DNA from: Podarcis vaucheri
Lineage: Eukaryota
Length of the DNA stretch: 64,000 nt
Strand: one strand, 5' to 3'
NCBI GenBank assembly: GCA_965113315.1
Contig: OZ220365.1
Shown here piece by piece: positions 25,867-37,279 of the stretch. Made by a program: the position numbers and the translations under genes. Numbering within the stretch: the first letter of the stretch is position 1; every line of letters starts with the position of its first letter. Below the pieces are notes generated by a model, which ran no database searches, was not told the origin of the DNA, and saw only the letters and a program-made list of their open reading frames with translations.

Positions 25867-28800
25867 GTCCGATGGCCCTTGGGAAAGCAGCGAAGCTGGG
25901 GCAGAAGGGCGGCTTGGCCGGGGCGGGGGGCGCTGGGGGTTTTGTTCTTGCCTTGGCGGGGCGCGCTAGAAAACGGGAAAGGACTTTACGCGTGGAACGT
26001 TCGCTTTGTTTTAATTTGCGGATTTTTCTCATTTTTTGTGTGGCCATATCTTCCCTGAGTTCGCACCTAACTAGGCCTCTCTTGCTAAACTGCAGCTAAA
26101 ATTCTTTACCCGCCAATGCTGGAGCGAAATAACTTTTCGGCGCTTAAGTTATATAACCAAAAGTCTCACAATTAGGAGCTTTGAAGCCGCTTGTTGGAGT
26201 CTGAACAACCGCCTCCGTTTGGCGTCAAGGTCCAATTCCCCTAGCTGGACCCTCTCTATTGACTTGTTTTCTCCTTCTCACTAGTCAGGGGGCTAAGAAT
26301 CCCGATCCTAAACACAGATAAATGGGCACACTCCAGCCAAAGTTCGATCCAACTGATGCCCACCAAGTTCAGTTGGGTTTGAGATCAAACAAATACCCCT
26401 AGCTTTTTAATTTTAAAGTGTGGCTGACTTTTGTTGGATTGTGCGTAATTTGTTTAAACCCCATTGATTTTCATCAGGGTTGGTTTTTTTACCTTTTAAA
26501 TCTAAACTTTAATTTAAAAATTGCCAATTCAATAAACAAAACAACAAACTAAAATGCATCATAAAATGTAATAAGGGCAAACAGAATGAAAATACATTAT
26601 AAGGTAATAGAGCTAAATAAAGAGAATGGATAGCATAAAAGATATTCCATGGTGGGATACAGGATTCATTTTTATGCAAAATATATTAAGTATTCATAAA
26701 CATCACTAGATAAAATCATATTGAGTAGGAGTGTGGCAACCATGAGTTTTTTGGTCATGTAAATAATGAACAACGACCAGACAATGCAAAATCTGAGGAG
26801 TCTGCGTTGCCCCTGGAAGCATGTATCTTATGAGTCAGTTTTTAATAAATGACAATAAACACAACATTTTTGAACCATGAGTCCAAAGAGTAGCAAGATG
26901 TGTCCTTTCACCCTTGAGAAACCACTAAGCAAGCAGCAAATATAAAATGAATTGTTTACAAATAAGATTGGCATTGGCACCATCAAAAATAGACAAAAGA
27001 CATAACTGAGAGCCCAGAGTGACCTGTTTGTCTATGATAATACTAATTTCTGTTGCCGCCTAATTCCAGAACTTGTTTACATAGTTACATCCCCACCACA
27101 TATGCCAGTATGCTCCTCATACAGTACCTTGCAACCCCATGAGCATAAGGGGGAGCCATATCTAACAATAGAAGCTATTAAAATCAGTTTCAGTATGTTT
27201 AAGGTCTCCTCCCCCAGGCACATTTGGAGAAAATTTCCTTAAAATATTACCAAGTAAATATGTGTTATATTCAAGACAATCCTAAATACACTTAGAGCAG
27301 AACCTTAAACATTATTAGTTGGAAGTCTCTCACTAGGACTTCTTTACAACTTAATTTTTTTGTGATTTCTACCTTTCTTGGAAGGAAAAATCACATTAAT
27401 TTCAATTGAAGTCTATTTCCACGGGGCGCCACAAGGGATTGCAGGGCGGCATGGGGGCTGCTGGGTGTCCCTGGGTGCTGCAATGTCCCCTCTTTAAAAA
27501 AGCTCCGCCCTAGGCACCCCTAGTGCAGACCCATTGAAGAGACATGGTTGACCCTGAAGTAGTTCAGCTGACTCCCACAGGACTAGTAAAATAAACATTG
27601 TGACCCAGTTGCTACATTATGTGAGGCTTTTATTTTGTTATCTTCCCACCTCATCCCACACATACATTTCCCTTTCCTGTAGCATCTTAAGCTCAGTTGT
27701 TGACTTGAAACTCACACACTGGCTTTGCCATATATGAGGGTTTGCTTTTCAGTTTGTTTATTCCAAAAGACTAGGAGCAGGCAGACGCTAATTTGCCAGA
27801 CTTCAGGTTGCTGTGTTTGGAGTGGGTGTGGGTATGTATGCGTACACACCTTGGCTCAAGTCAGAATCCTAGGAAGAAAATCTTTTTTAAATGCACTTTG
27901 AGCTCAGATTTCTCAAGCCTTTATTTCCCTAAAGCCCACTTTCCTCCAGATGGATCCCCAACAGTCAACAAGGGGCACCTCTAGAACTAAATTCTGCTAA
28001 TTTGGCTGCTGCTGCAGCTGCTGCTGCTGCTGCAGGCTAGAGTGGAAAGCAGATACTCCTTCACAGGAGTCCAAAAGAGCCAGTTCCATTTTGAACATTT
28101 TGATGCAGAGAGGTGAACGAAGGGTGTTTATTATTTTGCATTTGCAAAGTTTTGCTAATAAGATTTTGACCAGTCTGCACAACTCTGGGGAAGCCCCCCT
28201 TAGCTGGGCTTGGCATCACACCAAGCCTGCCACCCTTGATGCAATCCAGCTTCATCTGGCTAGAGCTTGTTTCAGGGGTTTCCTCTGACAACCCATGGAA
28301 AAGGAGGGATTCAGTTTCAGCCTGCTGAGGCAAGGTCATAGACTATTTCCTGACCATACCTCCCTTGCTGTATTAGTGTTAGGGACTAGATAGGACAGGC
28401 CATAAGGCTGCTCTTTAGAACTGTAAATATACCTGTAATGAAAATGCAACCACACCTCTGTTGTGCAAGGTGAGATTCTTCCTATCTGCTAATTATCTGG
28501 TCAATGTCCTCTTTCTCTTTGAGGGTCATTTCAGACCTAAGGGGTTTTCTACATGGAAAGCATTTACCTGGAAAAGAAAGGAATTAAAAAGTGCATGTCA
28601 TTGTTGCATTTCAATGCATGCATGCATGTTATGTGGGCAGGCTGTGTTTTACTACATGTAAATGGAGTGAAGTACAACTATGCATAATAGATCACAGAGA
28701 GTTATGTATGTAGGACGCTATTAATGACTAAAATGGCTCCAAGATCTGTTCCTACATGTATTTACCTATGAGCAAGCCCTATTGGAAACTCACTGGGACT

Positions 28801-30187
28801 TGCAGTGGTAAAGCACCTATTGGAAAGAGTGTTACTCTGATCAAGGTTCAATGCAAACATACTTGAAATTAAGTCTGTTTCCTATACTGTTATTGTATTC
28901 GTGAAATAGCTACTAGCTGATGTGGCATGTTACTTAACAAAAAAAGAATCTATGATTAAAATGTTAGCGATTGAGGCTGAGATTCACAAAAGCTTACCAA
29001 ATATCACAAGGATAGCCTGTATGGGAGGTGGGGGGGAGGGACTTATGTGAGAATTACAGCCATTCTGAATTCCATACTGTGGGTTCTCTGGACTTGGATT
29101 GCTACACTGAAATTCCAGTTCCCACAAAGTGATTAAGGGAGCTCCATCTTGTCTGTCAGATAATAAGATGAACTGAGTTTCCATATAAAGGATAGATAAG
29201 TGCACTGTGATTACGATGGTGTTAAGGCAGCTAAGTCCTGGAAGCAAACTGTTTTAACTTCAAAAATTCTGTGCTCATCGCACTGTCAGGCGGTTGGTGA
29301 AATGATATGTAGGTGGTAGTCAACGTGACACAGTCTTGAAACTCTACTGGGAATTTCATTGAAGGACTGGCTGTAACAGAGCACTTAATTCAACTGGGTG
29401 GTGACTGGGCTGTATGTCCTTGGCACTGACAGGTGGATGTTATGCTGGTTACAACTTGATTTTCTCATGTTAAGATGAGAACTCTAGCTGGTAAATTGTT
29501 GAATTGATGAGACAACCTTGCATAAGTAATAATGGGAAACAAGACTCATTTGGCTGCTCTTCAGTGTGCTGGTAGCAACTGTATCATGCTGATGCTGATA
29601 TCCTTTCATACTGACAACACTGAGTGGTGTTCCTTGCCTTTTTACGCCATAGACTCAGCTGGGCAAGTGTACACTAAAGCAGTGGCTGTTATGATAGTTT
29701 TTGGTTGGATATGGATTTGGTTCATGTTTGTTCCATGTAGTTTGGTGGAGCAGAGTTTATCTAGGAGCTTGCTAAAGGATGCAGGATACTGATTGTCTTA
29801 GACTTTTTGGAGATGTAGATGAGGGAGCTGACCGACTGATGAGCAAAAGGAAGAGTAGACAGTGGGCAGTAGTAACAGGATAGAATGCTACCTGTTGACT
29901 AATCTTACAGGTTGAAGGATAAGGAATGACACAGTAAAAATGCTGGCTTGCTCTTAACTGATCATAAAGGATACTAATGGTGCTATGTACTGGGATGGGT
30001 GTGTCTGCAACAAAGGAATGGTTCCTGTTTTGGGTATGCTGAGAGTTATACTGTCTTTTATACTATCTTTTAGGAGATAGTATAAAGCAGGGTATATTAA
30101 GATGATAGCTCTAGATATATATTTAGGGGGGAGGCCAAGCTGGGTACTGTTGAACGGAACAGGCTGAGAACTTTGTTCCTAATGGCT

Positions 30188-30311
30188 TAAGGTTACCAGA
30201 TTTTTTTTTCAATGAATCTGGGGACACTTTTCAACTTCAATGGATTTTGTATGGGGACTGGTTTGTAAATCCGGGGACTGTCCCTGGGAAACGGGACGTC
30301 TGGTAACCTTA
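30188..30311. mobile_element. hAT (Blackjack-like) MITE in an OTX1 intron
   Basis: Perfect 13-bp TIR TAAGGTTACCAGA / TCTGGTAACCTTA and perfect 8-bp TSD TAATGGCT (30180-30187 and 30312-30319). Confidence 0.9.
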
Positions 30312-30629
30312 TAATGGCTCCCTCTCTCTGTAGGATGGGAATGTAGAATGGGGTTGGAAAGAGAATACTGTGTTCTGTTGGACGGATGCTTAATTAGGGG
30401 TGCAATTCTCCACATCTAGCATTTGCCTGTTGGGTGCAGATGAATCCTCCTTGCTAGATATTTGAGAGGGACAGGTGGAGGGATGGATTTAACATCTTTG
30501 CTACATTTAAAATCTCTAGCTAATAGGATTCTTTAATAGCAATCCTTTGGGCAAGGAGCTGCAAGGAGCTCTGTAGCAGTGCATGCTTTAGGAGAAGAAA
30601 ATCCCAGATTAAATCTCCAGTTTATGAAT

Positions 30630-30738
30630 GGAGAGATCCTCCTTGGAAACCCTGGAAATCCATTGCCAGACAGTGTAGACAATACTGAGCTAGCTGGACC
30701 AAAGGTTTGACTCAGTATAAGACAGTTTCTCATGTTCC
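30630..30738 (+). mobile_element. SINE/CR1-tail fragment
   Basis: ..GCCAGACAGTGTAGACAATACTGAGCTAGCTGGACCAA..TGACTCAGTATAAGACAGTTTCTCATGTTCCT, a common squamate SINE 3' end. Confidence 0.6.
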
Positions 30739-31563
30739 TGCGCTGATGGCTGGCTCATTGCCTGCTTCTATTGGATGTTACTAGTAGAAGGTGCATGAGG
30801 TACTGGACTGCCAGCTTAATTTATAAATGGCTATAAGGAGGATTGGTTGGACAGGGCTGTGTTGGTGGAACTGGTGCAGACTCCCACTCCCTTTCCTACT
30901 TTTTGGATAGTATGACATGATGGATGTGGGTGGACTGGCAGCCCCTCTCTGCAGGAGCCTGCTGGGAGGAGGATGGAAGTTGGCTAGGGGGGAAACTTGA
31001 TCAAACCATGATGGGTTGCGTCATTCACCTGAGCGGAAGATGGGTGTCATGCCAGGCGGGTGCTGAGTCTGGGGGTGTTTTGGCTAGGGTGTGGTTTGTG
31101 GTGGCTACGTGGGGTTCCAGAGTCGCCCAGAACTGGTTAGCTGGGTTCTGTTCTGGGTCGCACCAGCGACTTACCTTCCCTTTCTCGCGGGCCCCACATG
31201 GACGCAACAGTGTGCGGAGACTGGCGAGAGAGAAGGCGCTGAGCCAGAGCCGGGTGGCTCCTGATTGCCACTCGTAGGAAGCCGGCAATGGATGTGTAGA
31301 TCCATTGTGTAGTGATGCGTAGTGATGGAGGATGATAGGCTAGCCTGGACAGCTGCTCAACGGCCTCTTCCCCCCTGCCCCATTCCGCGTAGATTGAGAT
31401 TGTTTGGCACTTTTCTGTCTCGTTGCGATCACACAGCGTGTGCCAAAGGGGGCGAGGGGAAGAGAGCGGGGGGGCAGAGCGGGGGTGGGGTCCCTTCTTC
31501 GTGGAAGAGCCTGTTCCGCCCCCCGCCCCCATTTTCTTTTCTTTTCTTTTCTTTTCCTTGCAG

Positions 31564-32400
31564 GTCTGGTTCAAAAACCGCCGCGCCAAGTGCCGCCAGC
31601 AGCAGCAGAGCGGCAGCGGCGCCAAGAGCCGGCCGGCCAAGAAGAAGGCGTCTCCGGCGCGGGAGAGCTCGGGCTCGGAGAGCAGCGGCCAGTTCACGCC
31701 GCCCGCCGTCTCCAGCTCCGCCTCGTCCTCCTCCTCCAGCTCCAACTCCTCGGGCCCGGCCAGCGGGGCGGCGGCCTTGGGCAACCCGGCGGGCAGCGGG
31801 GCCTCCGGCTCGGCCTCGTCCTCCTCCTCGGCGTCCCTCAGCAGCGCGCCCTCGGCCGTGGCCGCCTCGTCCATCTGGAGCCCCGCGTCCATCTCGCCGG
31901 GCGCCGTGCCCGAGCCCCTGGCGCCCGGCGGCGCCTCCTGCATGCAGCGCTCGGTCTCGGGCGCGCCCTCCGCCTCCTACCCGATGTCCTACGGGCAGGG
32001 CGGCGGCTACGCGCAGGGCTACCCCGCGCCGCCCCCGCCGCCCCCGCCGCCCTCCTCCTCCTACTTCGGCGGGGTGGACTGCGGCTCCTACCTGCCCATG
32101 CACGCGCACCCGCACGCCCACCAGCTCAGCCCCATGGCGCCCTCCTCCATGGCCGGCGCGGCGCACCCGCACGCCCACCACCCGCTGGGCCAGGGCTCCA
32201 GCCACCACCACCATCACCACCACCACCACCACCACCAGCCGGGCTACGGGGGCACCGGACTGGCCTTCAACTCCTCCGACTGCCTGGACTACAAGGAGCC
32301 GGCCCCAGCCGCCGCCGCCTCGTCCTGGAAGCTGAACTTCAACTCCCCGGACTGCCTGGACTACAAGGACCAGGCCTCCTGGCGCTTCCAGGTGCTGTGA
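31564..32400 (+). CDS. OTX1: OTX1 coding exon 3 (K50 recognition helix, SIWSPA motif, His tract, duplicated Otx tail)
   Basis: Long polypyrimidine tract plus CAG at 31561-31563; [23 protein letters not shown]11..[26 protein letters not shown] at 32398-32400. Spliced protein 361 aa. Confidence 0.98.
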   Translation, partial: VWFKNRRAKCRQQQQSGSGAKSRPAKKKASPARESSGSESSGQFTPPAVSSSASSSSSSSNSSGPASGAAALGNPAGSGASGSASSSSSASLSSAPSAVAASSIWSPASISPGAVPEPLAPGGASCMQRSVSGAPSASYPMSYGQGGGYAQGYPAPPPPPPPPSSSYFGGVDCGSYLPMHAHPHAHQLSPMAPSSMAGAAHPHAHHPLGQGSSHHHHHHHHHHHQPGYGGTGLAFNSSDCLDYKEPAPAAAASSWKLNFNSPDCLDYKDQASWRFQVL

Positions 32401-33735
32401 GGGTCGCCGCTCGCGGGACGCTTTATCCGGCCAAAGGAGGAAGGCAGCGCCAGCCCCCGCAGCCCCGCCACCCGCAGCTCCCTCGGGCAGCCCAGCCCCG
32501 ACGTCCTCCTGGCTCGCCCCCGTCTCTGCGCGCTCTCCACCAAAGCCTCGGCCTTCCTGCTCCCCAAACCGCCTCGTCGTCACTTTTCTTTTCTTTTTTC
32601 AAAAAATATTTAAAGAACATGAAAAGAAAGTGCAAGCACCCCGCGTCCAAATAGCATGCCTATTTTTCCAGCTCCGTCCCACACAACCAAGGATGCGGCT
32701 AAAGGGCTGCTGGATCAGGCCTGCTGCTCTCCGCCTCTCTCTTATCAGCTGGACTCCTGGTGTGTTATTTATTCGCTGTCTGGGATTATGTTCCGCATTC
32801 TGCTCTTATTTTTAAACAGAAGAGAACTTTAAATCTAAATTCGTTCTCCTCCTTTTCACATACATGTTCCCTGGAGACCCCCCCCGCACACAAGATTCCT
32901 CCCCCCGCCCCAGCCACGTTGCTGGAAGCTTTGTAAGGCTCCCTCTCGTCCAAGGTGAGAGGGAGGAAGCGCCTTTTGCTTTCATGCCGATTGCAGACTT
33001 CTGTGTACAGCTCTTAACCCCCCCCCCATCTCCTTGGGAGACTCTTCTCCCCCAGTTCTCTCCGTAGGATTGTATTACAAAAAACGGCAGGAATTGTGTA
33101 TATAGTGTAATGTTAAGTCCGTTCCAGAGACCCTTTTTATTTTTAGTTTGATTAACTGAGGTGAAGGTGAACTCAATATCTTGAGCCCAACGTACAGGAA
33201 ATCGAAGGAACCGCGCGCATCTCATCTTTTTTCCCCGGCCAGGACTTCCCTTGCAACTTTTTTGATCTTTTTATATCTCGATAATTTTTGCGGGTGGGAA
33301 GAGGAAGGTTCCACTAGTTGGGGAAGACAGGAATGCCCCGTTTGGTAAGGGGGGTGAGGGAAAGAGGCATTTCGAGGGGTGGGGAGGTAAAGCGGGGTAG
33401 GTGTGGGTGCGGGAGTTGGAATGCGCTACGCGCCCCCGGAGCAGCCCCTGGAGCAGATCACGCCAGGCCTCCTTTCTCTAGTGTTGCCTTGGCTGGACAC
33501 ATCCCGCGTACTCTGTCATCCGCCTCCAAAAAAACAAAAACAAAACCCGTTTAGGGCCTGCTTTGCTCTCGGGAATGGAGAGGAAAGAGAGAGTGCGAAA
33601 TTGTAAAGTTGATTATTTACCCCGTTAATGCAACAGTCACCTGTTGAAATGTAAGGCAAATCTCCCCCCTTCCCTTTATCTACATATCCCTATAATAAAA
33701 TTCAAACTAATAAAAGCCCTTGTCTGCGTCATCCT
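32401..33735 (+). other. OTX1: OTX1 3' UTR with tandem polyadenylation signals
   Basis: AATAAA at 33694-33699 and 33709-33714, about 1.3 kb after the stop; Pumilio element TGTATATA at 33097-33104. The end is inferred. Confidence 0.6.
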
Positions 33736-34699
33736 TCTTGGGCGACCCGAGAGCAGCGGAGGGGCTGGAGCGCTCCCCCGAGTCCCCCCCCCAGCTCTGC
33801 ACCTCTGTCAGGCCGCTGCTCTGGCGGGGACAGATCGATTTTATTTCCAAGGGGAGGCGAGGAGGGAACGCTGGGTCGCCGCACTTTATCTCAGTGAGCT
33901 GCCTTTTAATTACTGTAATTGGATTGGCGTCCAACCAAAACTTTGAGGGGTTATAAACGCAATGGAAAGGGCGTGAGTGCGCTACCGCCCCCTTGGCCAC
34001 TCTCTGCCTTTGGGAAAGCGCAAAAGTTACCCAGCGCAAGCCTTTCTCTACGGATCTTGGGGCGGGGTGTGGGTGCTGTGTGTTCGAGGGAGACAGGAAC
34101 ACCTGAAGCCTGGCAGTAACTTTCATATGTTAATTACCCTCAAACGCTGCCTGTTCCCCGCAGCTGGGCAGGCTGGGGCCAAATCACCCTGGGGTTGTGT
34201 TGGTCATTACCTTCTGGAAAGCTTCCACTTGGCGCTCCTGTTAAACCGGTCACTTGGCAAAAGCTTCTAGGAAGTGAATATTTATGAAACTTCAGGATCG
34301 TAATTCTGCTAGTCCAGGCTGGGGGCAAAAAGTAAAAAACCAATAGAAGCTGGACCCACAACCCAGGATCCGAAACCAGCTTAGCCAGGGAATAGCTTCT
34401 TACACGAGTATGAGACCAAAGACTTCAGCGAAGGGATTCAGGGTACAATATACCCCGGACTGAGATACTGTACTGCTATCAGAAAGTCTTATTGCGTTTA
34501 CAGGAATTGGGGTTTTTGTTTTTGTTTTAAATAGTAATTTAGAATCGAACCCAGATTGTATTTGATCAAGATTTGATTTTAGATTTAGCGTACATGAAAA
34601 AAAATCTTTAAAATTATAACAATCTTTATTTATATAGGGCTGGCAAAAGCTACGTGATAATGGAGAACGGAGTGTTGTAGAATTAAGTGCTGAAATAAG

Positions 34700-36350
34700 T
34701 GGCATAGCGCAAAATTCTGAGGGGCTGCAACCAGCCCCCCCCCCCCGCCGGCGCCGGCTTCCACGAGGAGCCCCCGGTCGGCAAAGGCGGCAGGGCAGAT
34801 CCGTCCCATCGTGAGCAGGCAGGGACAGAGGAGGCGGGCAAGGAGTGACCCCGGCGCAGCACGGCGCTCCTCTCCACGGACGTCGGGGGGATTCGACCTG
34901 CGCGGGCAGGCGGGCGGCGAGGGGGGGCCCATTACACCATAGCTGCCGAATGCTTCCTGGGAGGGACGGGGGGGATGGTAGTAGTTTAAGGGGGCAAACT
35001 TGCCTCCTTGCTTGAAAAGTTTGCAGGTTTTTGTCCTTGGCCAAAGGAAAAAAGCTCTCCTGTGGGATAAATTTAAACTGACATTTCAAAACCACTGGGA
35101 TTAATTAGCCTATTAATTACTACTAAATAATTAATTGCTGTCCTTTATGCGGCACATAATCAGGGTTCACACCCACAAGTGGATTAGCTGTTGTTCTGTC
35201 AACGTGAGAACGCCAGTTCAACATCGATTTTATTTTCTCTTGGAAGCTGACTTCATAAACTTGCCTTAAACTAATTTTAAAATCAGGGCATGGATGGAGG
35301 TTAATGAAGATGGCAGTCTTCAGAGTGATAAATTGTTATCTTATGTGTTTATAATATGAGTAACAGCTGCGGGTTATAGATGTTTATGGGAATTTGGAAC
35401 AACAGACGTGCAAGATCACAGGCTCCATCAAAAAGTTCAATGCAGTTTATATAAAATAAAACAAAATAGCGCAATTAGCTGTTTCCTGTCTCAGGAAGTT
35501 ATGGATGCGTAGTCTGGTAGGTGCTCCTCAGGCAGTACCACCTCCACCTCTCCTACTCCCCTCCGGTCAGGAAGGTCCCACCAAGGATGTTCTTGCCCTC
35601 CGACTGGGATTTGGACAGCTGTGCATCCCCAAGCGCCGGTTTGGCTCTGCCCAGGACGACTCTGGCCTTCTGGACCACGTGGCCGCGGAGCAGCGAGGCG
35701 GCGTGTGACAATGGCCCTGCTTTTAGGCACCCGATTATACGGCTTAGCTGTGAGAAGCGCTTGAGAGGACGGCAGCCGCCCTTTCCTTCGTTTTCAAAGC
35801 TGAAAGATGAGACATCTGTGCGTGCGCTAAAAGGCGCTCTGGGAAAAGCCGACGCCACTTTCGAGAGACGCTCTCCATCTCGCCCGAGGAGGTGGCTCGG
35901 CTCCGCAGCCGGTTTGCGCCCGGTTTCCGTTAGCGAGCGCCTGCCGTTCCCATTCATTACTGGGGAAGGAAGCGCGGTAGGGTTATTAAATGGCGACAGG
36001 GTGCAGCTGCCAGAGGAGTCCTGCGTCTGAGCGAAAATTAGTTACGGTGCGCATTCCCCTATGGCCAGGATTCTGCTGGGACGCGGCCAGGGGAAGGAAC
36101 AAGAGGGGATTTCAGGCCGGGCAAGTACCAGGCGGGCCGCCCCAAGCAGCAACCGGACACCTTCAGAGCCCCCGCCTCAGTCTGAGCCAGGGCTCCTCGA
36201 AGAAGCAGCCTACGTCCGAGGCCAGGCGAGCCGTAGGAGAGAGCGCATCTGGAGCATGTGCAGAGTGCAGCCTTCCCCTAACTCAGCGGGATGAAAGGGT
36301 TCTTATGTCAAAAGGTGTGGCCTCCAGGCAGGCCTGAGCTCCTTATTGAG
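34700..36350. promoter_or_regulatory. Downstream CpG-rich region enclosing an AT-rich homeodomain-site cluster
   Basis: CpG-dense flanks around a TAAT-dense block at about 35050-35480. Confidence 0.55.
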
Positions 36351-36500
36351 GAACTAAGTTCTGCTTGGTTTTGCACCTTTCGCTTTCTTGCAGCACCTTC
36401 GCTCACTGCCAGGACATTATTGGGTGAGCATGTTTTATTCATGTATGGAGGTGATGCTCTTTGACCGTAATAAAGATTTGGTTTGGTTCTCAGGTGAGGG

Positions 36501-36689
36501 CCGGAGTGCCAACTTGAATAAAATTTTGTGGACGCCCAGGTAAGCCCTGCGCTGCATAATCGATCACATGACGCGGCACAGGCACACTATTTGAATAACA
36601 ATGCCCATCAACTTTGGGGGACACACACAGCCCCTTCAAATATTATTGGGGGGGCAAGGGATCTCGGCTCCTAGGAGTTGACTCCTATG
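36501..36689. mobile_element. hAT (Tip100-like) MITE
   Basis: Near-perfect 8-bp TSD GGTGAGGG / GGTGAGTG (36493-36500, 36690-36697); imperfect termini; related copies at 8668 and 9461. Confidence 0.7.
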
Positions 36690-37279
36690 GGTGAGTGGGT
36701 CGGGTGAGGGGCTCGGAGAGGGAATTTCAATCAACTTCATAAACGGAATGTTTCAAGATTTTTAACGGTCTTGCTTGTTAGTGAGCGGCAGGGTCGAGTG
36801 CTGCCTCCACGCTTTTCCTGATGTCTTCAGAAGGAAAAGGACCTGAGCCTTTGGGATGGTGCCCTTTTGCCCCCTCTCCGCCAATGGCTGCAGAGCTGCT
36901 TCTTGCAGTTTAGGTCAACCCCCCCACCCCCACCCCCACCCCTCCTCGCTCACAGAACCTAAACAACTCAACGTGCTTTGTAGAGCCCAAGTGTAGATCA
37001 GAGCAAACAATAATGGTATTTTTAATAAAGGCACAAGAGAAAAGCAAAAACATATCCACTTTGGTGTGTGGGTGGGTGTGGAGGCGTGGATCGGGTCAGT
37101 AAGTTAAAGAAGAAAGATTTCCTTGCATTTGTATGGGGGAGCGGGGAGAGAAATCCACTTGCAAAGCCTGCCGTCCTTCTTTCTTTTAAATCTATGAATT
37201 GGATCTGTGCTGGCGTCTGAAAGCAACAGCCCATCGTTAAAGAAAGGAAACAGATCAAGCCAGAGCACTTCACTGGGAC

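Noticed and set aside
31137-32654. Overlapping 268-416 aa ORFs in other frames of OTX1 exon 3
   Set aside because: Shadow frames caused by about 98% GC3; only the homeodomain frame fits the splice phase and family motifs.
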